From positions 42,718,001 to 42,782,000 of the forward strand of contig NC_043012.1 of the NCBI RefSeq assembly GCF_006345805.1: DNA of 64,000 nt. The letters are read 5' to 3'. Positions 35,137-45,384 of this stretch are shown here, in pieces (position 1 is the stretch's first letter; each line of letters begins with the position of its first letter). The position numbers and the translations under genes are program-made. Under the pieces are notes generated by a model, which was not told the origin of the DNA, searched no databases, and saw only the letters and a program-made list of their open reading frames with translations. The stretch comes from Octopus sinensis (lineage: Eukaryota).

Positions 35137-35358
35137 GGAGTAAACACATAAATGTGAAACAAGGTGGAAAAAAGAGTACTCAAATACCAGTGGTAGAGTA
35201 ATATGCTTTATTTAAAGCAGCAGAAAATTCAACAAAATCTGTTACTCTGAGTTTCTCGTTGCCGTTCATCAGACAGTTTTTGCAAAAACTGTCTGATGAA
35301 CGGCAACGAGAAACTCAGAGTAACAGATTTTGTTGAATTTTCTGCTGCTTTAAATAAA

Positions 35359-35359
<1 letters not shown>
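35135..35359 (-). mobile_element. Short Penelope-like terminal remnant with inverted duplication, inside (TA)n
   Basis: 154-bp perfect palindrome 35206-35359 containing hammerhead motifs; (TA)n on both flanks; the PLE assignment is inferred from the known association of PLEs with minimal type I hammerheads. Confidence 0.55.
35289..35326 (+). ncRNA. Type I hammerhead ribozyme motif (mirror copy on minus strand, 35239-35276)
   Basis: CTGT-CTGATGA-ACG GCAA CGA-GAAA-CTC A GAG-TA^-ACAG: core, GNRA-capped stem II, stem III, GUA triplet, 4-bp stem I; A.A mismatch at the base of stem II. Confidence 0.75.
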
Positions 35360-35415
<56 letters not shown>

Positions 35416-35649
35416 ACACGGAAAACAAAAAATGTAAGCATCTGTAAATTCTGTGCTGGTGTCATGAGAAATGTTTCTATTTTGTGACACAAAATATAGA
35501 AAGTAATGTAACACCAATGACTATATAATCCAACCAAAATATCTCAGTTACACAAACGTAAACAGAATTAATATTTAACCTTAAAATACATCATACATAT
35601 TCAAAGAACCTCCTTGGTTTTGTGGTAAGGAACGTTTTTTCTGGTATTC

Positions 35650-36650
35650 TTTTATTCTTTTACTTGTTTCAGTTATTTGACGGTGGCCATGCTGGAACAC
35701 CACACTTTAGTCGAAGAAATCGCCCCCTGGACTTATGCCCTGTTGTCCTGGTGCTTATTTCTATCAGTCTCTTCTGCTGAACAGCTAAATTACAGGGATC
35801 TTTTCTTTTTGAACGGCACTTTTCAACACAATTTCTAGTTAACTAAACACTTTTAAACTTCGTATGCTGGTAGAATGTGTTTATAAAACATCATTTTTTC
35901 TTGGCTTTATTGAGAAAATTCTATATGCTGTAACATATTTCGTCTTTAATTTCGAGCATTTCGGCAATTTTAACCAATCGCTGGAGTCCATTTAAGTAAA
36001 TAACATTCTGTGCATAATGAATATGTCCCTCCTTTAAGAAACAAATTGGGTTTATTTACATTTGTGAAGAAAAAAGATACCCTTCCCCCACCCCTAACTC
36101 TGACCCTAAATCTAAAATAGATTGAAATGCAATATATCGATACTAGGGCCATAATTATGGGTGACAATTTCATACAGAAAAATGGGATTTTTTTCTAGCG
36201 GTGTCAAATGAAAATGTCACCCATAATTATGGCCCTAGTATCGATCTATTGCATTTCAATCTATTTTAGATTTAGGGTTAGGGGTTGGGGAAGAGTATCA
36301 TTTTTTTCTTCACAAATGTAAATAAACCCAATCTGTTTCTTAAAGGAGGGACATATTCATTATGCACAGAATGTTATTTACCTAAATGGACTCCAGCGAT
36401 TGGTTAAAATTGCCGAAATGCTCGAAATTAAAGACGAACTATGTTATAACCTATAGAATTTTCTCAATAAAGCCAAGAAAAAATGATGTTTTATAAACAC
36501 ATTCTACCAGTATACGAAGTTTAAAAGTGTTTAGTTAACTAGAAATTGTGTTGAAAAGTGCCGTTCAAAAGGAAAAGATTTCAATTACAGGGACGCAAAT
36601 GCACCAAAATCGGTTGTCAAGCAATGGGGTGGGACAAACACAAACATGCA
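35650..36650 (-). mobile_element. SINE body/tail (35650-35796 and 36583-36650) split by a foldback element
   Basis: TGGCCATGCTGGAACACC...CAGCTAAATTACAGGGA|CGCAAATGCACC...GGTTGTCAAGC is continuous after removing the insert; same family as 63640-63720 in the opposite orientation. Confidence 0.7.
35797..36582. mobile_element. Foldback element (Mutator-like MITE), ~375-bp TIRs, ~35-bp spacer
   Basis: Arms 35797-36173 and 36208-36582 are near-perfect inverses; TSD AATTACAGG (35788-35796, 36583-36591; could be read as up to 11 bp). Confidence 0.85.
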
Positions 36651-38035
36651 CGCACACATAAACATATATATATATATATATATATTGGCAACTTTTCTCC
36701 CCCACCCATTTTGTAGGGAGTATTACCCATTATTCTGGGCTCTTTTCACAGCTATATCCCATTCGAAATTTGCATTAGTTTTTGTACGAATTTTACAAGC
36801 AGACTACCGTTGTTCAGATAAACAGTAAGCTCATTGCCGTAAGCGATGGAGTGTCATTTTTTAAAAAGAGTGAAAGAAAAGGAAATGTTTCGTATGGTAA
36901 GGCAAATATATCATGTGTTTAGTATAAGCAATGGAAGCTAAGACGAATTAATAGCTATTCTGTCATGTCGTGACTTCGACCTGGACTCATACTCAGTTTG
37001 ATAACAATAGCCTGCACATTGGTGCTTATCTGGGGGCTTGGCCTCCAAATCTGTGAGACTTGCAAATACCACTGTTAGGACAGTGACTCTAAAAACTAAA
37101 ACGATTTTCCTGCCCCTATACATGATCCTTTTTTCATTTTCTTCCAACCACTTGAAGGCTTATCTTGCTCCAGTCCACTCAGCTGCCAAAATGAATTGTA
37201 CTTGTAATTAAAACTTTACTTTGGTGGTACCATATTGTTCCTGGGTCTATGAGTATGACATTTTCCCTTCTTGTCATTCGCACAACCTGTCAGGTAATTA
37301 GGACAACGGCTTTTTATAAGTAAAGGTGAGTCTCGAGGCTATAAAAAGTGAAATATGTGATACACAGGTAACCATTGGAAATATTTGTCTATTAACTCCC
37401 TAGATGTGATTGAAAGGAAGGAAATATACCTCTTTACCATACCCATGGTGAATTTTTCATCTTCCATTATGCAAAATTCGAAAATCTCACCAATTTGTCA
37501 GAAAAAAAACAACTTTTTTATGTTTTTTCACAGTATATTGACTTTCATTCCAATTTTTTTTGTAATTAATTTAATATTCATTAAGTTATACAAAATAGTT
37601 CTAATTACTGGGTATTTCTACTATACCATATGAAATTTGAGTCTGCTATCTTCAATAATAACGATATTATAAGCAATTTCCTACCCCATCCTCCATAAGG
37701 CCAAAATGGATGATTTCGATAAAAATCTTGGTAATGGAGGGTGTCTTAGCATTTTTTGGAGCTTTTTGGGCTTGTTTTATGTATTTCAATGCGAGGAAGC
37801 CAAACAAGAGAAAATGTCATCACATAAACCCAGGAACAATGTGTTACCAATAAACTAAAGTTGCAGTGGGGGGGGGCATCTCAATGAATAAGAACATTAT
37901 TTATTTGGCCTACCGTCTATATGTGCAGTGTTGGTTTGTGTTGACTTCAACCTGATTTTATGTCATTGTTAAGGTATGTTTTTGTTATTATAAATATGTC
38001 AATCATGTCAAGTAGCATGAAATAAGTGGTAAACG

Positions 38036-40739
38036 AATGTGCAGAAAATTGTTTGAAAATGTATGGAAAAAGCAAGAAGAGTCCTCCCATGTCATCCTCA
38101 GATTGAGGGCCTTTCACACTACAATGATGTTCCTTGCAATCCTGGGAAAGAGGTTCGGTGATGCAGGACTGTCAGATATGGTCATCAAAGTTAGTATCAT
38201 TGCTTCTGGTTCAATTCTTGCAGTTCTTGAGGGTCAGCAATACAATCACGCCATACGAACATGGAAGCTATGTAGCATCTGAGAATCAAAGCCTTTTATG
38301 AATGGGCACAGAAGAACCATACTCATTTACTCCAACCCACTTGGGCAGCAATGGATAATGTCAGCAGTGAGATCACTTCAGATAATTTCAATAACATGTT
38401 GGCACCAGAGTTCACACGTCTCTTGGAATTATTTGATGAGTTCTGCAAGTTGGACCAAGGTAAACTGGCAGCCTTTTGGGACTCTTACATTGACCTGGTC
38501 TACCTATTGCTTCTATTCACATGTGCTACTAGAGAGGGAAACTGGATTTTGCATCTTGCTTCTGTGCGTGAGATGCTACCTTGGATGTTTGCATACGACA
38601 GAACAAACTATGCCCGTTACCTCTCTGTGTACTGGTGTGAGATGAAGACCCTGCTTCAGACACATCCTGAAAGCAATACTCTTCCCCTGGAAGAGCATTT
38701 TACAGTTCAACGATATTCCAAGAGTGCATTTTGCCAAGTTGCTGTTGACCAGACCATTGAGCAAACTTTGAATCGTGACTCCAAAACGAGTGGTGGTGTA
38801 GTAGGTATCAGCCTCAACCAAGGGGAGGGGCAGCGTTGGGTTCTGATAGCACATGACGGGACAAGAATACTTCAAATCTGCAGGAAGACGGCTGGTATGT
38901 ATGATGCCCAGAACCAACACCACAAAGAAACTAGTTCTCCTCTCCTAAAGAAAGATGAAGGTGATATTAAAAAAGTCATGGACACGATAGAAAGTTGGGT
39001 GAGCCCATTTGAGACAAAGAACACAACTGATTCTCTCATCAACATTGCATCAGGAGTAAAATCCACTGATGATATAACAGAGGATATTTTGTCTGCAGAA
39101 GAGAAGGGAGCTAATGCCTTCTCATCTTTTGTACATGAGAGGCTGTGTAGCAGTCAGACAGACCTTTATTCCTCATTAGCAAAGACTGCACTCAAAACAT
39201 TTAGGAACCCAGTGAAAACAAAGAAAACTAAAGGTACCATCACAGATGTTGTAATCAAGGCTGATAGTGGACTCTTTGCAAAGATGGTGGTCATTGCTCA
39301 ACACAGACAAATGAACATGAAAGAAGTTTTGCAGTATCCACTAGGTCCTCAGTCATGGTCCCTTGCAACTCCTGATGGTGCACCTGCAAAGACTACCAAG
39401 GCATCCCTTTTACATTCATTAGAAGAGCTAGCTAAACCAGCAGAAAACATCCCTACAACAGCAGTATGGATCTTTGATGGAATGGCTTTGCTGCAATCCA
39501 TAAAGACAGTCCCCAAGATATTCAGAGATCTTGCTACTTGTGTTCTTTATGTTCTTGAAGTGCTGAAGTCAACAAGCAATAACCCTGCCAGAATAGACCT
39601 AGTTATGGACCAGTATCCTGAGCTATCTATCAAGAACCCAGAGCAAGCAAAGCATGGAACATCAGGTGTCTTGAAAAGGAAGATCCTTGGCAGGCATCAG
39701 AAGTGCCCGACATAGTGGAAGAAGTTTCTTAGTGATGGTGGGAACAAGACCAAACTTGCAAAGTTTCTGGTGAAAGAGTTACAGCAGCCAGAATATGCTT
39801 CCAGGTTTAAAGGGTTTGGACCACTGTACATCACCCATGGGGATGAGTGCCACATGCTTGTTGAGAATTATGATTGTGTAAAATGCAGTAGATCAACTGT
39901 GCACATCAAAGGAAGAAGCTGACACCTGCATTCTGCTACATGCAGGCCATGCAGCATTAGAGGGGAATGCATGCATCATGATTAAGTCACCTGATACAGA
40001 TGTTGCTGTGTTGACCTGTGCTTATAGCCATCAAATCAATGCAAGACTACTATTCTGCACTGGCCCCACACAGAGACAAAGGTACCTTGATGCCACAGCT
40101 ATTGGCCTGAAACTAAGAAAAGATGTGTGTGAAGCAGTGCCAGGAATGCACGCATTCACAGGATCTGGCAGCACTAGTGGATTTGTTGGTAAGGGAAAGA
40201 GGCAGGCATTCAAAATGGTGGTGTCTGATGTAGAAATGTGCAATGCGATGAGAATGATTGGCTCATCGTTTCATATAGATGATGAAAAGCTGCAAGCAAG
40301 TTTGTTTGTTTGTTCTCTCTCTGAGTACAGTGGCAATGATACCGACCTTGTCCACTACAAACTATTCTGCAACAAGAATGCCGAAATATGTCATCTTCAA
40401 GATGCACTCAAGTACTATGTGAAGCGGGCAAATTACCAAGCATGCATCTGGCGACCAGCACTAGATGCATCTGAAACCACACCAAGTTCAGATGTCCATG
40501 GCTGGGACCTCAAAGATGACACATTGGCTATCCACTGGATGGACAAACCACCAGCACCAAAAGCACTCCTGTTATTGATATCTTGTAAATGCAGTATTAG
40601 CCAGTGTAACGGTAGTCAGTGCTCATGCCTTGTGAATGGTTTGTCGTGCACTGATGCCAGTCAATGCAAGTCATGCACAAATACCACAAATATTGATCAA
40701 ACAGAATCCAGTGATGAGGATGAGGATGAGGATTATTAA
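38036..40739 (+). pseudogene. Academ-like transposase/XPG/Cys8 protein, fragmented
   Basis: LRLRAFHT.MMFL...GL.D (G.FH region); AYDRTNYARYL; VAVDQTIEQTLNRDSKTSGG; EEADT...IKSPDTDV...FVGKGK (XPG-like); CKCSISQCNGSQCSC...CTDASQCKSC; stops at 38280 and 39713, frameshifts. Confidence 0.75.
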
Positions 40740-41132
40740 TGAATAATGATAACTGTTTTTTCCCACATATTTGCTCATTCTATGAAGTGTATTATTGGCT
40801 GTGGTAAGACTTGCACTGGTGGTGAGTGAAATTGCTTGACTTTTGGGGGTTATGTTGTTTTTCGATATGATTACTCCTTACTTAGGAAAGGAAATTACTT
40901 ATAATATCATTATTATTGAAGATAGCAGATTCAAATTTCATATGGAATAGTAGAAACACACAGTAAATACAACTATTTTGTTTAACTTAATGAATATTAA
41001 ATTCATTAAAAAAAAAAAAGGAATGAAAGTCAATATACTGTGAAAAAAACAAAAAAATGGGCGATTTTTCAGATAAATTGGTGAGATTTTCCAATTTTGG
41101 GCAATGGAAGATGAAAAATTCACCATGGTATA

Positions 41133-42428
41133 CAGGGTGTCCACAAAGTTTCTTTACAATTTCAAAAATTTATTACAAAGGCAATTGATGGTTTATATTT
41201 GTCAGATTTGTCCTATGTACTCAGTGGTTATTAAAGTTTTTAACCACATTGAATTTGTATTTTTCAGGTACTCTATTGATGGAAAAGGTTCTGTTAAATG
41301 AAACAATGGCTACTCCTCAAGAAAAAGTGCAACATGTATCTTGGTTTATTGAAACAAAATCGGACATGCAGACCCAGTGAAAGTACAGGATCAAGTATAG
41401 AAGACATCTACCATGACATCCATCAATTTGTGCAAGCACAAAAAATTTATGGAAACAGGAACAGTGTTGGATAAAAGGAGGAGTGGACAACCAAAATTAT
41501 CTGAGGAAAACATCGATAGTATAAGACAAGCTTTTGCTAGTTCTCCTACAAAGTCCATATCTAATGCCGCCAGACAGTTACAGCTATCACATTCAATAGT
41601 GCACAAAGTCCTACACAAGAACTTGTGATTATATATGTACAAAGTGCAACTCTTACAGGCAATTGAACTAAATGATAAACCAAGGCAAAAGAGTTTGCAA
41701 TTAACATGCTGGAACAAATTTCTGAGAGTGCAGCATTCCTCACCTGAGTTTGTTTTAATGATTAGGCAACCTTTCATGTTTCAGGAAACTGAACCCACAT
41801 ATTGTGAGAATCTAGGAATCAGAACAAGCCCATGTAACTAGGGAACCTCACCGAGATAGTCCAAAGGTGAATGATATGCACTTGAATCAGTGGTCCATTT
41901 TCTTCACAGGGAGATCAATTTCTGAAAATATTTACCTTGATCTTTTAACTGAATATATGGCACCACAACTGGATGACCGTCAACTAACCATCATTTTCCA
42001 GCAGGATGGTGCACCACCACATTGGGGACTGCATGTTCTTGGGTTCCTAAATCAGACATTTCCAGACCGTTGATTTGCAAGGGACAGCCTAATTCCCTGG
42101 ATATCACTCCTGAACTTTTTCCTATAGGGTTATATTAAAGACATTGTGTATCAAACAAAGATATGGAACACAAACGACCTGAAGCAAAGGATCACTGATG
42201 CCATTGTGACCATTGATAAGACTGTACTACAATGAACATGGCAAGAAATTGGTTACTGTCTTGATGTACTTTGTGCAACTAATGGTACCCATATAGAGAT
42301 GTATTGAATAAGGCAAAAAAAAAATTCAATATCTACACCTTATTTTGTAATAATTTCCACAGATTTATTTATTTATTTGCTTTTGTTAGAAATGTTTGAA
42401 ATTGTAATGGGACTTTATGGACACCCTG
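41133..42428 (+). mobile_element. Tc1/mariner element (DUF4817-like transposase remnant) inserted in the Academ right TIR
   Basis: TA|CAGGGTGTCCACAAAG...CTTTATGGACACCCTG|TA; KFMETGTVLDKRRSGQP, YKVQLLQAI, IIFQQDGAPPHW motifs; frameshifted. Confidence 0.9.
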
Positions 42429-44249
42429 TATTTCCTTCATTTCAGTGACATCTAGGGCGTTAGCAGATAAATATTTTCCAATGGTTACCTGTGTATCACA
42501 TATTTCCACTTTTTATAGTCTCGAGACTCACCTTTACTTATAAAAAGCTGTTGTTCTAATTACCTGACAGGTTGTGCAAATGACAAGTGAAAATGTCATA
42601 CTCATAGATCCAGGAACAATGTGGTACCATCAAAGTAAAGTTGCAGGGGGAGGGGGTGCAACCAATTCAATAAATAAGGCCCTTTTGGGATTTGGCCCAC
42701 CGACTAGGGCCAGTCTTGTCATATTCTGTGTTAAGCTGAATCTCCCTGAGAATTACATTAATGGAATGTGTGTCTGTGGAGTATTCAGTCACTTGCAAGT
42801 TAATTTTATCCTTGTGTAGTAATGAAAAGGGAAATTGACATCCAATATTTGCTGTAGTTATTTGTCTTTGCTTTAACAATGTGTCTGTCTATGTATCAAC
42901 TTTTCTTTTGATATATGTATCTACTTGTATCTTTCCTTTCGATCTATGTAGCTACTTTTCTTTTGATGTATGCATCAGTCTACTCTGAAAATACTGATAA
43001 ACATTTTACTTCTCCTTTCAACTGCAGAAAAGTAACAGTAACATCCACAGCTACTTGCTGAGAGAGAGATAGACAGAGGAGAGAGAGGCAGACAGAATAA
43101 CTGTCAGACAGACAGATAGATAGGCAACATTTCTTTTTGCAATTTCCATATTTTCAACACCTTTATCATATATTGTTGAAAATGTAAAGTTTTCCAGCAT
43201 TTTCTGTATGAGAATGGTTCCTTCTCTCACTATTATTCTCTATCCACTTCCTTCCTCCACTCAATCTATCTCACTAAATCTCTCTCTTTTCCACCCTCCC
43301 TCTTCTATGTCTCCTTGCTTCTAACTGTTCTCCTGTGTTTAACACATTATATTTCTTTTACCTCTCAGCTCTATCAATCTCCCTTCACTCTCTCTTTCTC
43401 TTTCTCTCACCCCCTCTTACTTCCTCCTCTTTGCTGCTTTGCCTCTCACTTCAACTATAATTCCTCTGCTTCTGTCCCTCCCCTCTCTCCTGCTTTGCCA
43501 CTAACTTCAAGTATACCTCCTCTGCTTAATACCTTTTATTTCTCTTTTTCTTTGTACCTCTCCCTTCAACCTTTTTACCTCTTCCTTTGAAGTAAGTGTG
43601 ACACACCACAGGTATGTACAAAAACAAAAAAAAATAAGTGTATTAATATTATTGATAATTGTCAATGATATAGATAGATAGAGAGAGAGAGAGAAAAGGA
43701 AAGAAAATGGAGAGTTGACAGTTAATTATTTATTAATTGATAATTCTTACTTCCTACTGCTGTTTCCATTTGTGCTCATTAAATAAATTACAAATTTGTG
43801 CTTTAAATTTGCATTTATAAGATATGAGCAAAATATCATCAGGGAAGAAGATATACATTAAAAGATTACATGTTAACCTCTTAGTTCATACTAGTAGACT
43901 AAATATATGGAGTTATTTTGCGCATTTAATGTGAATTTAAAGCATAAATTATTTAATGAGTACAAATGGAAATAGCTGTACGAAGTAAGATTTATCAATT
44001 CATTAATAAATAATCATTAACTTTCAACTCTGCATTTTCTTTTCTTCTATTTATTGAAAATAGATTATATGCCTAATATATACCTATTGATTTAGGGAAA
44101 TTTTATTTCCCAAAAATATTAGGTATAGAATCAGTGTTGTATGTAATCATACCTTTAAGAGGTTAATAAATCCTCTAATTAACTTATATATAAGTTATGC
44201 TGTGTCCCAGTTACTGCTTGGCCAAGTTGGAGCACCTTTTAATTTCCTG

Positions 44250-45100
44250 TGGAAAGGACACATTCCAATGGTCTGTCTACTGCCAGCACCCTGTGAGTGG
44301 CGGATTAACCAGGTCTTGTTTTCTGATGTTTTCAGGTTGCACAAAGATTTTTGAACTGTGAATGTGTGTGGGTTTCATTTGTGAGGCATGTCTTTAGGCA
44401 GCTCATCTTCTTGATGGAGCTGCAGTTCTGGATGAACAAAAGATTGAGACTGGTTGTTTGGCATCTTGATTGTCATCAGGCACTCACTGTCCTCTACCAG
44501 TCAGGCAATGGGATCGGTGGATATTCCACTTTAGCAATATATAGAAGATTAGTGGCAATGAAGTGTGACAACATTCTCGGGGAGACCCTGGGCATTGACA
44601 AAAATGAACTGGCTAGTCTAATCCAGAGTACTTTCCAGTCAGGGACTGTCATGGATAATTTCCAAATGTCCTTAGTATGGCAGTGCTACCAAGGGGTGGG
44701 GGTATAATGGATTCAAAATAAACTCTACAGGCACAGATATACTGTCAGACTCCTTTAGTATTTGAGCATTGCTGATTTATGGGGTTATTTCCAACAGCTG
44801 CTGTCAAATGTGGGATGGAGCCGTCTATCAGCCAAGTCCATAGTGATTATTGCCCTCCTTTAATCAGGTAAGACAGTTTCCCTTTGCATGGTGGCAGTTG
44901 CAAAAGAGGTTGTTTGGTGGACGAGGTTGAATGGCATGAGGACAGCGATGTTCCTGTTTTGTAGAGCCCTCATCAACTTTTTCAAGTGAAACTTGATAAA
45001 AAGTAAGTGAAGGTGGAGAGTTAATTTATTGTAAGGTGGGGGAAAGTTGTGAAAATGATAAAGGTGAATGGAACAGCTCTAATTGTAATCTTATGAGTTG
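44250..45100 (-). pseudogene. Possible highly degenerate LINE RT remnant (I/Jockey-like)
   Basis: Weak minus-strand echoes of GLP..., ADD and IQN..L motifs, all broken; no ORF. Confidence 0.3.
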
Positions 45101-45384
45101 GAGAAAAGGAACTGGAGAGGACACTTACCTTTGGCATTCGAGGAGATCTTGGACAGTGAAGTTCTTAGATTATCTCAAGAGGTCTTCCTACATCAGGAGA
45201 GCCACATCACTGTCATCCTTCTTTTTTCTTTTATTTTTGTATATTATGCGTACTTCTCTTCTTTGTTTTTATTGTATACAGTGTATACTTTCAATTTTTT
45301 TATCATTTCATCCACACATTATGTCTGTCTTTGTATTGCCTTTCTCATCCTTCCCACTGGTGGCAAATAAAAGAAATCATTATT

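Larger units (their letters stand above)
37212..42706 (+). mobile_element. AcademX-type DNA transposon (transposase + XPG/PIN-like nuclease + Cys-rich CXC), defective
   Basis: ~470-bp TIRs (37212-37682 versus 40889-41130 + 42431-42642); right end ...CCGACTA at 42706; the outermost ~65 bp of the left end are missing. Confidence 0.75.

Noticed and set aside
36938-37200. Minus-strand ORF next to the Academ left end
   Set aside because: Short, with no motif I can assign; may be an unrelated TE remnant.
37140-37212. Left TAG terminus and TSD of the Academ element
   Set aside because: Not present; TIR similarity stops at 37212, so no TSD could be assigned.
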